Assembly (NCBI GenBank): GCA_002897775.1
Contig: BDTR01000030.1
Coordinates: 128,070 to 192,069 of the forward strand
From: a bacterium BMS3Bbin08
GTDB lineage: Bacteria; Nitrospirota; Thermodesulfovibrionia; UBA6902; BMS3Bbin08
DNA: 64,000 nucleotides
Reading direction: 5' to 3'
Position numbers and translations under genes: made by a program. Below the pieces are notes generated by a model. It worked only from the letters and a program-made list of their open reading frames with translations, had not been told where the DNA came from and did not search any database. Shown here piece after piece: positions 20,997-32,648 of the stretch (position 1 is the stretch's first letter; each line of letters starts with the position of its first letter).

Positions 20997-21112
20997 CCAT
21001 CATTATTGACCACTTATTGTTCTTCCCGTGGAGAACAGGAAAACTTCCGGAGTAATGCACCAAGGAAATTATATAAAAGTCCAAAAGGGTAATAATTGCG
21101 TAAATATTACGC

Positions 21113-21285
21113 GCATAGGCTTGATGAAAAGCCGCCCGATGAATGGCATCTGCTTGTCAAAAACTCGCAGAGAGGAACATTTATTGAATGTAGCAAAACT
21201 GGCGGAAAAATTTACAGATGAATTTGGCTCCGGGGAATGGGCGTATCTGGCGGGGCTGTGGCATAGGCTAAGAAAATTATAATAG
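21113..21285 (+). pseudogene. diverged relic of the cas3 5' end (~55 codons)
   Basis: In-frame similarity to cas3 codons 4-60. YYAHRLDEKPPDEWHLL aligns with YYAHSLEGRPPDEWHLL. KFTDEFGSGEWAYLAGLWHRL aligns with EFANYFGAKTWGELAGANHDL. Confidence 0.7.
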
Positions 21286-21304
21286 AATGTGAAGGAGGAC
21301 AAAT

Positions 21305-22138
21305 TTGGAAACAAGTATAGCAGTTTTTAAGGGTAAGCAGATCAGAAAAACTATTCATAACAACGAATGGTGGTTTTCAATTATCGATGTAATTGAGGTG
21401 CTCACCGGAACTGAGCGACCACGAAAGTACTGGAATGATTTAAAGAAAAAGCTGGCGGATGAAGGATATGACGAGTTGTCCGAAAAAATCGGACAACTGA
21501 AAATACAGTCGGCAGACGGGAAATACTATAAGACAGACTGTTCAAATACAGAGACAATGTTCAGGCTTATCCAGTCCATTCCATCTCCCAAAGCTGAACC
21601 TTTCAAGCGCTGGCTGGCAAAGGTTGGCTACGACCGTGTCCAGGAAATTGAAGACCCTGAACTCGGCACGAAAAGGACAAGGGCTTTATACAAGGCGAAG
21701 GGCTATTCGGACGACTGGATTGAAAAGCGCATGCGCGGTATTGCCATTCGTGAAGAGCTTACAGATGAGTGGAAAAAGAGGGAAGTGAAAGAGAAAAGGG
21801 AATACGAGATTCTCACTGCCGAGATTGCAAAAGCGGCATTCGGCATAACACCCGGCCAACACAAAAAACTTAAGGGACTGAAACGTCAAAACCTTCGTGA
21901 CCACATGAACGATCTCGAGTTAATTTTCTCAATGCTTGGCGAAGCGGCAACAACTGAGATAACGCGTGTTGATGATGCAAAAGGATTTAGTGAAAACAAA
22001 AAGTCAGCCCGTAAGGGTGGCGGCGTTGCAGGTAAGGCTCGGAAAGACCTTGAAAAAAAGACCAGGAAGAAGGTTGTTTCCCGTGAGAACTACCTGACCG
22101 AACCGGAGAGCCGGAAGAAGTTGGCAAGAAAGAAGTAA
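21305..22138 (+). CDS. Bro-N domain protein, DinD-like (DNA-damage-inducible protein D family)
   Basis: N-terminal Bro-N (FKGKQIRKTIHNNEWWFSIIDVIEVL). The central region resembles E. coli DinD (LKGLKRQNLRDHMNDLELIFSMLGEA). Lys/Arg-rich C-terminus. Confidence 0.7.
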   Translation: METSIAVFKGKQIRKTIHNNEWWFSIIDVIEVLTGTERPRKYWNDLKKKLADEGYDELSEKIGQLKIQSADGKYYKTDCSNTETMFRLIQSIPSPKAEPFKRWLAKVGYDRVQEIEDPELGTKRTRALYKAKGYSDDWIEKRMRGIAIREELTDEWKKREVKEKREYEILTAEIAKAAFGITPGQHKKLKGLKRQNLRDHMNDLELIFSMLGEAATTEITRVDDAKGFSENKKSARKGGGVAGKARKDLEKKTRKKVVSRENYLTEPESRKKLARKK

Positions 22139-22156
22139 AAAACGGGAGGGGTTGCA

Positions 22157-22306
22157 ATGGGACATGAAGCAAAGAAAACCGAACATTCCGGCGCCAAGAA
22201 AGGCTCTGGCGCATACTGGGGCAGAAAGGTTGCGGCGAAGAAGGAGTCGAACAGGAAAAGACGGGAGAATGATAAGGGAAGTGTGAGGGAGCAGAAGGAT
22301 CGGTAA
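22157..22306 (+). CDS. small basic hypothetical protein (49 aa)
   Basis: ATG preceded by GGGAGG. Translates to MGHEAKKTEHSGAKKGSGAYWGRKVAAKKESNRKRRENDKGSVREQKDR. Absent from the ORF track because it is under 60 aa. Confidence 0.3.
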   Translation: MGHEAKKTEHSGAKKGSGAYWGRKVAAKKESNRKRRENDKGSVREQKDR

Positions 22307-22314
22307 GGTTCAAG

Positions 22315-24492
22315 ATGACAGAATATTATGCGCATAGTCTTGAAGGAAGGCCGCCGGATGAATGGCATCTCCTGGATGAGCACTTGGAGAATGTTGCAAG
22401 AATGGCCGCTGAATTCGCTAACTATTTTGGCGCCAAAACATGGGGTGAATTAGCGGGGGCAAATCATGACCTTGGCAAAGGCACACGGCCTTGGCAGGCA
22501 TACCTTCGGAAATCAAATGATATTATTGACGAATTTGCCAAGTATTATAAAGGACATCCGAATCATGCTGCTGTAGGTGCGCAATGGCTTAATAACAACT
22601 CAAGGGAAGCTGGAAAATTGTTGGCATACTGTATCGCAGGACACCATGGGGGTCTGCCTAGTTGGAGCGATTCTCCTGTTGCCTCATTGGAGATGAAGCT
22701 TCAACAACCGTTTCCTGAAGTTGCTGTGCCTTGTACAGTCTCGGAATTTCCAACCACCCTGCCTTTTCCCATTGATTCGGATCGTTTTGGGTTTCAGTTG
22801 CAATTTTTTGTTCGAATGCTTTTTTCCTGTCTTGTAGATGCGGATTTTCTTGATACGGAAGCATCTCTGGACAAAAAGAGGTCCGGCTGGCGTTCTACCT
22901 ATCCTGGAATCAGCGAACTTCATGAGAGATTCTGGGCAAATTTCAATGTGTTGCGTGAAGGAGCTGATCAAACCTTAAATGTGAACCGGCAACGGGAACT
23001 GGTTCTTGAAGACTGCTTGCGGGCAGCGGCGTTGGAACCAGGATTGTTTTCACTGACGGTTCCAACCGGCGGCGGTAAGACTCTGGCCTCGCTGGCCTTG
23101 GCACTGAATCATGCGATAAATAAAGAAAAGAGAAGAATTATTTACGTCATTCCTTTTACCAGCATCATTGAGCAGAATGCCAAGGTTTTCCGTGATATGC
23201 TGGGTGAAAATGCTGTTCTGGAACACCATTGCAATTTTCTACCTGACGATTCGAATTGGCAAACCAGGCTTGCAACTGAAAATTGGGACGCCCCTGTAGT
23301 AGTAACGACCAATGTCCAGTTTTTCAATTCTTTTTATGCCAATAAGACATCGAAGTGCCGGAAGCTGCATAATGTGGTTGAGAGTATCATTATCTTTGAT
23401 GAAGTTCAGGCCATACCGGTTGAAAAGTTGAAGCCATGCCTGGAAGTCATCAAGGAGTTGTCACTGAACTATGGTGTTACCTCGATTTTATGCACGGCCA
23501 CGCAACCTGCCATTGAGTTTTCTGACCAATTCACTACCGGACTGCAGAATGTCACGGAAATTATTCAGGATGTCCCATCGCTCTTTACAGCCTTGAAACG
23601 AACGGAGGAGGCTTTTATTGGTGAACTCAGTGAGCAGGATATTGCAGAACGGTTGCTGGAACATGAACAGGTCCTGTGCATCGTGAATACTCGGCAGCAG
23701 GCACTGGATATCTTTAATGCCTTGCCTGAGTCCGATGCAAATTTTCATCTGAGCGCCTTGATGCACCCAGTCCACCGGACGAAAAAATTGAATGAAATCA
23801 GAAACAGATTGTCGCCCGCAAACAAATTGCCGTGTCGGGTGATCAGCACACAGTTGATTGAAGCAGGTGTTGATGTGGATTTTCCCTGTGTATTTCGGGC
23901 AGTTGCCGGAATCGACAGTATTGCCCAGGCTGCAGGGCGATGTAATCGGAACGGCCTGAGCAAGGTACCATGCAAAGTGTATGTGTTTGAGTTTTCGAAA
24001 GATGGTGTTTGCTCTTTCTTTCGTCATGCTGCACAATCAGCCGCGAAGCTCTTTGAACCATTTGCCGGAAAACTTACAGATCCTGAATGTGTCCGTGAGT
24101 ATTTCGCAGATTTTTTTTGGAAAAATGAACAACGAATGGATGAGGACGGTATCATCGAAAATTACTGTCAACCGGCGCAATCAGGTAATATTCAATTTCG
24201 TGACATTGCAGAATTCCAGATGATTAAATCAGCTACCAAGCCAGTAGTCATTGCTTTGGAAGAAAATGCTATCGAACTGGTGAGTTCGCTCGAATTTGCA
24301 GAGCACAAAGGAGGAATTCTTCGGAAGCTCCAGCAGTTCAGTGTTCAAATTTACCCGTATCAATTAGAAGAAATAAAGAATTGGCTGGAAAGTCCGGTGC
24401 CGGGCGTCTGGGTCTTGCGTTCGCAAGAGCTCTACTCCGAGACTACCGGGCTCAGGTGTAAGCCACCTGAAGGACAAGCATTTTTTGGTTAA
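22315..24492 (+). CDS. cas3: CRISPR-associated helicase/nuclease Cas3 (HD domain plus SF2 helicase), type I
   Basis: 725 aa. N-terminal HD nuclease (YAHSL...HDLGK...AGHHGG). DExH helicase motifs (VPTGGGKT, IFDEVQ). Confidence 0.93.
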   Translation: MTEYYAHSLEGRPPDEWHLLDEHLENVARMAAEFANYFGAKTWGELAGANHDLGKGTRPWQAYLRKSNDIIDEFAKYYKGHPNHAAVGAQWLNNNSREAGKLLAYCIAGHHGGLPSWSDSPVASLEMKLQQPFPEVAVPCTVSEFPTTLPFPIDSDRFGFQLQFFVRMLFSCLVDADFLDTEASLDKKRSGWRSTYPGISELHERFWANFNVLREGADQTLNVNRQRELVLEDCLRAAALEPGLFSLTVPTGGGKTLASLALALNHAINKEKRRIIYVIPFTSIIEQNAKVFRDMLGENAVLEHHCNFLPDDSNWQTRLATENWDAPVVVTTNVQFFNSFYANKTSKCRKLHNVVESIIIFDEVQAIPVEKLKPCLEVIKELSLNYGVTSILCTATQPAIEFSDQFTTGLQNVTEIIQDVPSLFTALKRTEEAFIGELSEQDIAERLLEHEQVLCIVNTRQQALDIFNALPESDANFHLSALMHPVHRTKKLNEIRNRLSPANKLPCRVISTQLIEAGVDVDFPCVFRAVAGIDSIAQAAGRCNRNGLSKVPCKVYVFEFSKDGVCSFFRHAAQSAAKLFEPFAGKLTDPECVREYFADFFWKNEQRMDEDGIIENYCQPAQSGNIQFRDIAEFQMIKSATKPVVIALEENAIELVSSLEFAEHKGGILRKLQQFSVQIYPYQLEEIKNWLESPVPGVWVLRSQELYSETTGLRCKPPEGQAFFG

Positions 24493-24495
24493 TAA

Positions 24496-26821
<2,326 letters not shown>

Positions 26822-26822
<1 letters not shown>

Positions 26823-27688
26823 TGAGTGATACGATCAAAAACCGCTATGAGTTTGTCCTGTTGTTTGACGTAAAAAATGGAAATCCGAATGGTGACCCGG
26901 ACGGAGGGAATCTTCCCCGGATCGATCCCGAGACCGGGCATGGAATCACAACGGATGTCTGCCTGAAGCGTAAGATTCGAAATTACGTGGAGTTGGTTAA
27001 GGATAATAAGACACCGTTTAATATTTACGTTAAGGAAAAAGCGATTCTTACAGAACGTCGGCAGCCAGCCTATGAGGCAGTGGCAGACGAAAAAGATAAA
27101 TCTGCAAAAATCAGCAAAGCACGAGCCTGGATGTGCAAAAACTTTTTCGATGTTCGGACTTTCGGCGCTGTCATGTCGGTAAAAGAAAACAACTGCGGCC
27201 AAGTGCGAGGTCCGGTGCAGTTTGCCTTTTCGCAAAGTATCGATCCAGTCGTCCCACTGGAAGCAAGTATTACCCGAATGGCTGTAGAGACCAAAAAGGA
27301 ATCATACGCCCAGGATGGAGACAACCGGACCATGGGCCGGAAGACTTATATCCCCTACGGCCTGTATCGTGTTCACGGTTTTATCTCAGCACCACTTGCC
27401 AAACAGACCGGTTTCTCCGAAGAGGACCTTGAATTGTTCTGGAATTCCCTGCAAAACATGTTCGATCACGACCGGTCCGCGGCCCGTGGCGAAATGGCGG
27501 CTAGGAATTTGATCGTCTTCAAGCACGACAGCGAACTTGGCAACGTCCCGGCCCATAAGCTCTTTGATTTAGTAAAAGTATCGCGTTCAAATGACAGCAA
27601 CGGGCCTGCACGGGTATTTTCAGACTATGAGGTGAAAGTTGACAGCGCAAATGTTCCGGGAGGCGTAACTCTAGAGGAGAAGTTTTGA
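26822..27688 (+). CDS. cas7: Cas7c (Csd2) backbone subunit, type I-C
   Basis: [27 protein letters not shown] is the Csd2/DevR family N-terminus. Confidence 0.9.
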
Positions 27689-28258
27689 ATGACTGAAAAG
27701 AAACAATCACCCCAACTAATCCCCCCGCACGGCGGTTACCAGGAACTCCAGTCCTACAAGATGTCGGAGATCGTGTATGACGCTACAGTAGTATTCTGCA
27801 ACCGCTTCATCAACATCCGCTCCCGCACTCATGACCAGATGGTGCAGGCGGCGCGAAGCGGGAAGCAGAATATCGCTGAGGGCAGCATGGCATCGGGCAC
27901 TTCAAAGAAGTTCGAGCTTAAGCTCGTCAGTGTGGCGCGGGCAAGCCTTGAAGAAGTGCTTCTGGATTTTAAGGACTATCTGAGGCAGAAGGGGCTTGTG
28001 CTTTGGACAAAGGATCATCCAAAGGCCGGTGAAGTGAGAAAACTCTGCTATCAAAAGAATAGGTCTTATACGACTTATAAGACCTATCTTGAGCAGTCGC
28101 CACCGGAGGTGGCGGCCAATACCATGATCTGTCTGATTCACCAGACAAACTATCTGCTGGACAAGCAGTTAAGGGCCCTTGAACAAGCCTTTCTGAAAGA
28201 AGGCGGCTTTACTGAAAGACTCTACCATGCGCGATCAGGGTCGCGCAAAAAGAAATAG
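27689..28258 (+). CDS. four-helix-bundle protein (23S rRNA intervening-sequence / Avd-like family) with a ~70-aa C-terminal extension, embedded in the cas operon
   Basis: LQSYKMSEIVYDATVVF...QMVQAARSGKQNIAEGSMASGTSKKFELKLVSVARASLEEV matches the family pattern (Y.L...NIAEG.....KEF......A.GSL.E). Its start overlaps the cas7 stop (TGAATG). cas4 starts 9 nt after its stop. Confidence 0.65.
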   Translation: MTEKKQSPQLIPPHGGYQELQSYKMSEIVYDATVVFCNRFINIRSRTHDQMVQAARSGKQNIAEGSMASGTSKKFELKLVSVARASLEEVLLDFKDYLRQKGLVLWTKDHPKAGEVRKLCYQKNRSYTTYKTYLEQSPPEVAANTMICLIHQTNYLLDKQLRALEQAFLKEGGFTERLYHARSGSRKKK

Positions 28259-28266
28259 GTCATATA

Positions 28267-28940
28267 TGAGTTATAAGCCCTATAAAGAAGATGATCTTGT
28301 TCAGCTTTCAGCCTTACAGCATTTTGCTTTCTGTGAGCGGCAGTGCGCGCTGATTCACATTGAACAGATATGGAGCGAGAATATGTTCACTGCTGAAGGA
28401 AAGATCATGCATGAAAGGGTGGATACTTCAAAGTCTGAATCACGGGGAGCAGTCCGCATGGAATTCAGTGTGCCTTTGCGTTCACTCAGACTCGGACTGA
28501 CCGGCAAGGCTGATGTTGTTGAATATCACAGGCAGGATGATGGGACATGGTTGCCCTTCCCCGTGGAATACAAACGCGGTAAACCAAAGGCGGATGATTG
28601 CGACAAGGTCCAGCTCTGCGCGCAGGCAATGTGCCTTGAAGAGATGATGAGTGTTGAAATACCGAAAGGAGCTTTGTTTTACGGTCGGATCAGGCGGAGA
28701 GAAGATGTGATCTTTGACAATGCATTACGAAAGGAAACAGAAAATACTGCGAAAAAGGTTCACGAGCTTATTGAATCACAAAAAACTCCTGGACCTGAAT
28801 ATTCAAAAAGATGCAAATCCTGTTCATTGTTTCAGCAGTGCATGCCTGAGCTGTGCTCGAAAAAGAATAAAGCAAGCAGATATCTGTCAAATATTTTAAA
28901 ACAACTGGATGCTGAGGTCTCGAATAATGGGACAGGCTGA
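28267..28940 (+). CDS. cas4: Cas4 (RecB-like nuclease with a 4-Cys cluster)
   Basis: MSYKPYKEDDLVQLSALQHFAFCERQCALIH begins with a Cys. C-terminal cysteines CKSCSLFQQC. Canonical position before cas1. Confidence 0.88.
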
Positions 28941-28962
28941 GTCAGGCGTGACAGGTTAAATC

Positions 28963-29994
28963 ATGAAAAAACATCTTAACACATTATTCGTCACCACCCA
29001 GGGGGCATATCTTTCCAAGGATGGGGAAACCGTGTCAGTTAAGGTTGATGATGAAATCCGCTTGCGTATTCCAATTCACACAATTGGCGGTATTGTATGT
29101 TTCGGTCAGGTAAGCTGCAGTCCTTTTTTAATGGGGTTTTGCGCTAAAAATAACGTTGCTGTATCATTCCTGACTGAATACGGACGCTTTCTGGCAAAGG
29201 TTCAGGGGCCGGTATCCGGGAATGTGCTGTTACGAAGGGAACAATACCGGCTTGCTGATGATGAGACTGTTTCTTTAAATATTTCCAAATCAGTTATTAC
29301 AGGCAAACTTGTTAATACCAGAACAGTATTGCAGAGGTTTTTGAGAGACCACGCCGATAAACCAAATGCAGATGCAGTGAAACAGGCGTCAAAACTTATA
29401 AGCTCAACATTAAGACGGGTATATAACGAAACCTCGCTTGACGTGATAAGAGGATTTGAAGGAGATTCGGCTCGTATCTATTTCAGTGTTTTCGATAATC
29501 TTATCACTGCCAGTAAGAAAGAATTCTTTTTCAGGGAACGTAACAGGAGGCCTCCTTTGGATAGGGTGAACTGTCTGTTGTCATTTCTGTATACGATTGT
29601 AATGCATGATGTACGCTCTGCGCTTGAGACAGCAGGGCTTGATCCGGCGGTAGGGTTCCTCCACAAAGACCGGCCGGGCAGGTATGGACTCGCGCTGGAT
29701 ATGATGGAGGAATTCAGGCCGTTTCTTGCTGACAGGCTGGTTCTTTCTCTGATAAATCTCAGTCAGGTCAATGCAAAGGGATTTGAAGAAAAAGAAAATG
29801 AAGCTGTGCTAATGGATGATGATACAAGAAAGGCTGTCCTTGTTGCATATCAGAACCGGAAACAGGATGAGATTATGCATCCATTTCTTAATGAAAAAGT
29901 GACGATTGGATTGCTTTTTCATACGCAGGCATTATTGCTTGCAAGATATTTGCGCGGCGATTTGGATGCTTATCCGCCCTTTATCTGGAAGTGA
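28963..29994 (+). CDS. cas1: Cas1 integrase, type I-C
   Basis: 343 aa with the typical Cas1 sequence. Confidence 0.92.
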   Translation: MKKHLNTLFVTTQGAYLSKDGETVSVKVDDEIRLRIPIHTIGGIVCFGQVSCSPFLMGFCAKNNVAVSFLTEYGRFLAKVQGPVSGNVLLRREQYRLADDETVSLNISKSVITGKLVNTRTVLQRFLRDHADKPNADAVKQASKLISSTLRRVYNETSLDVIRGFEGDSARIYFSVFDNLITASKKEFFFRERNRRPPLDRVNCLLSFLYTIVMHDVRSALETAGLDPAVGFLHKDRPGRYGLALDMMEEFRPFLADRLVLSLINLSQVNAKGFEEKENEAVLMDDDTRKAVLVAYQNRKQDEIMHPFLNEKVTIGLLFHTQALLLARYLRGDLDAYPPFIWK

Positions 29995-30003
29995 GGATGA
30001 AAT

Positions 30004-30291
30004 ATGTTTGTTATAGTGAGCTATGATGTTTCAACTGAAGACGGCGGACAGCGGCGCCTGAGAAGGGTCGCCAGGGCATGTCAGGATTATGGACAGAGAG
30101 TTCAGTATTCTATTTTTGAATGTATGATTAATCCGGCGCAATGGACTTTTTTAAAAGAACGATTGATCAGTGAAATTGATCCTGAAAAAGACAGTCTGAG
30201 ATTTTATTACCTCGGCTCTAACTGGAAGCGCCGCGTGGAACATGTAGGGGTCCGGAAATCGCCTGATCAGGACGGTCCGTTGATCGTGTAA
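30004..30291 (+). CDS. cas2: Cas2
   Basis: 95 aa (MFVIVSYDVSTEDGGQRRLRRVARACQDYGQRVQYSIFEC). Confidence 0.92.
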   Translation: MFVIVSYDVSTEDGGQRRLRRVARACQDYGQRVQYSIFECMINPAQWTFLKERLISEIDPEKDSLRFYYLGSNWKRRVEHVGVRKSPDQDGPLIV

Positions 30292-30474
30292 GAAGGAGTG
30301 CGAACCGTAAGTTCACATTAAGTTGCCGTAAGGTTCGCACAGGGGAAAACTGCTTATTATTCTTAATGTTAGCAGTTATGTTCTTTGACAATTGAAAGTC
30401 AGTTGCTCTTGAAAGAGGGGCTTCGCAAAAATTGTCTTTTAAGGGCAGTAAAAACAACAACTTATAAAGTAAGA

Positions 30475-31536
30475 GTCGCCCCCCATGCGGGGGCGTGGAT
30501 TGAAACCATATTAATTTGTATGGGCACGCCTGAAGGTTCGTCGCCCCCCATGCGGGGGCGTGGATTGAAACTTGCTAATACACTTTCATTTGAGATAGCG
30601 CATGGTGTCGCCCCCCATGCGGGGGCGTGGATTGAAACGCTTACCATCAATACAAACTGCTGAATATGCGTGTCGCCCCCCATGCGGGGGCGTGGATTGA
30701 AACTAGATAATCGCTGTTGGATACGCCAAGCAGTAAGTCGCCCCCCATGCGGGGGCGTGGATTGAAACTTGATAGCACTGATGGAGATACAGAAGAAACT
30801 GCGTCGCCCCCCATGCGGGGGCGTGGATTGAAACCTGTTAATATTGCAGGGATGGGTCAAATAGAAGTGGTCGCCCCCCATGCGGGGGCGTGGATTGAAA
30901 CTTAAAGAAAGTAACATATTCAAAAGAAAAAACAAGTCGCCCCCCATGCGGGGGCGTGGATTGAAACTAAAGTGTTCACGGCGTTGGCTTCACTGGACAC
31001 TAGTCGCCCCCCATGCGGGGGCGTGGATTGAAACAAATTAGTTTAACTAATGGAGGTGGCGGCATGGAAGTCGCCCCCCATGCGGGGGCGTGGATTGAAA
31101 CCCCGATTCAGGCAGAGGATTTTATCTTCGAGGCCGTCGCCCCCCATGCGGGGGCGTGGATTGAAACTATCTTCTTAGGATCATAGGTAACGCTTACACG
31201 TGTCGCCCCCCATGCGGGGGCGTGGATTGAAACAGTTTTGGGTTTTATAATTATTGATTCCATAGTCGTCGCCCCCCATGCGGGGGCGTGGATTGAAACT
31301 TGATAGCCATAGGTTTTTCGCACAATAAATAATGTCGCCCCCCATGCGGGGGCGTGGATTGAAACTGTCAATAATGTAACCAGCAATATCGGAGGTAACA
31401 TGTCGCCCCCCATGCGGGGGCGTGGATTGAAACGGCGCAAAGCTGTTCTATGTATACGACAGGACGTTGTCGCCCCCCATGCGGGGGCGTGCCTGTCTGC
31501 CGGTCTACGACTCGTATAGTAGGCAGGGATTGAAAC
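30475..31536 (+). CRISPR. CRISPR array: 16 repeats of the type I-C 32-bp repeat GTCGCCCCCCATGCGGGGGCGTGGATTGAAAC and 15 spacers of 33-35 bp. The last repeat carries a 36-bp insertion. A ~180-bp AT-rich leader lies between cas2 and repeat 1.
   Basis: Repeat starts at 30475, 30540, 30607, 30672, 30737, 30803, 30870, 30936, 31003, 31070, 31136, 31202, 31268, 31334, 31403 and 31469. Repeat 16 is split as GTCGCCCCCCATGCGGGGGCGTG, then 36 bp, then GATTGAAAC. Confidence 0.97.
31492..31527. mobile_element. 36-bp palindromic insertion (CCTGTCTGCCGGTCTACGACTCGTATAGTAGGCAGG) inside CRISPR repeat 16, between GCGTG and GATTGAAAC
   Basis: The repeat is otherwise intact on both sides. The termini CCTGyCTGCC/GGCAGG are inverted. 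The same left junction recurs at 35094. Confidence 0.7.
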
Positions 31537-31601
31537 TGAAGAAGGCAATATATTTAGCAAAAGAAGTCATAAATATTGTTATTATATAAATCAAGGAAAA
31601 G

Positions 31602-31922
31602 ATGATGAATAAAATCGACCTGGAAATCGTTGAAAGATTTAGAGAGCTTGTATCACAGAAAGTAAAAGTACATGAACTCAGAGTGTTCGGCTCCCGCGCC
31701 AGAGGTGACGCTACTGCAGAGTCGGACCTTGATGTACTAATTGTTGTAGAACATCTTGACCATTCCATTGAAAGATATATAAGCGATTGCGCGTGGGAAG
31801 CAGGCTTCCCTGCTGATGTTGTAGTTGTTCCGATCCCCATAAGTATCGATGCTATCAAGAACAGCCCAATACGCGAATCCATCTTCATCAAGAATGTCTA
31901 TAATGAGGGAATTGCTGTATGA
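31602..31922 (+). CDS. minimal nucleotidyltransferase (MNT) of a HEPN/MNT toxin-antitoxin pair
   Basis: VFGSRARGDATAESDLDVLIVVE is the polymerase beta-type nucleotidyltransferase motif. Overlaps the HEPN gene by 4 nt. Confidence 0.8.
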   Translation: MMNKIDLEIVERFRELVSQKVKVHELRVFGSRARGDATAESDLDVLIVVEHLDHSIERYISDCAWEAGFPADVVVVPIPISIDAIKNSPIRESIFIKNVYNEGIAV

Positions 31923-32314
31923 CTGATTTGATGGCTCTGATACAATACCGGCTGAATGAGGCGGATGATTCCATAAAAGAAGCTGATGTTCTTCTAAGAG
32001 AAGGTATGAGCATGCGTGCCGTAATGAACAGGTTATATTATGCAATGTTTTACGCCGTATTGGCCCTTTTACAGAAAAAGCAAATTGCCACTTCAAAACA
32101 TTCAGGCGTAATTTCTCACTTTGATAAGGAATTTATAAAAAAAGGAATATTTGATAAAGAGCTATCTAAAGCATTGCATCGCGCGTTTGATCTCAGGCAG
32201 AAGGGTGATTATATGGAAGATGCAGAAGTAACGAAAGAAGATGTGGATGAGATGATCCCCAAAGTAGCCGATTTTGTTAGCAAAGTAAAAGATCACCTGC
32301 TTGGCAGTCATTAA
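31919..32314 (+). CDS. HEPN domain protein (partner of the MNT gene)
   Basis: 131 aa, all-alpha, with an R-x(4-6)-H-like motif (RAFDLRQKGDY). Classic MNT-HEPN operon organisation. Confidence 0.7.
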   Translation: MTDLMALIQYRLNEADDSIKEADVLLREGMSMRAVMNRLYYAMFYAVLALLQKKQIATSKHSGVISHFDKEFIKKGIFDKELSKALHRAFDLRQKGDYMEDAEVTKEDVDEMIPKVADFVSKVKDHLLGSH

Positions 32315-32403
32315 GTAAGATAATAAATCACAATTGTCAGCTATATTGTTCTTTAGGGCCTAAAAGTACAATATGGGAATCTGCAATATACTTTCTTGGG
32401 ATT

Positions 32404-32493
32404 ATGAGCCCTGCACAAATCGTCCAAAAACTATGGAATTACTGCAATGTCCTTCGCTCTGACCGAATCCCAAGGCCGGGTGCTCAGAAGTAA
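32404..32493 (+). pseudogene. relic 5' fragment of a type I restriction-modification hsdM gene (29 codons)
   Basis: MSPAQIVQKLWNYCNVLRSDRIPRPGAQK* is the HsdM N-terminal signature (LW..C..LR). Almost identical at DNA level to the fragment at 34900. Confidence 0.7.
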
Positions 32494-32592
32494 TTTTTAC
32501 TCTACCGTTATCGTAGTATATTAAGTACGTAATATTTCAGCTATTTGATGAAATCAAGCACTTCCAATGTATCATTTTCCTTGACAATAGGT

Positions 32593-32633
32593 ATAGTATA
32601 TATGCTATATTTCATCTATTAAATGAAATATAG
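32593..32633. promoter_or_regulatory. perfect 14-bp inverted repeat, a candidate AbiEi autoregulatory operator
   Basis: ATGCTATATTTCAT-ctattaa-ATGAAATATAGCAT lies directly upstream of the abiEi start at 32649. Confidence 0.45.
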
Positions 32634-32648
32634 CATGTTAAATGTACT

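Noticed and set aside
21028-21282. 84-aa ORF in the track
   Set aside because: Its C-terminal half is an in-frame, decayed copy of the cas3 N-terminus. I treat it as a relic fragment, not an independent gene.
30385-31560. ORFs in the track on both strands across the CRISPR array (proteins containing PHAGAWIET / SIHAPAWGAT repeats)
   Set aside because: They are translations of the 32-bp CRISPR repeat in different frames, not genes.
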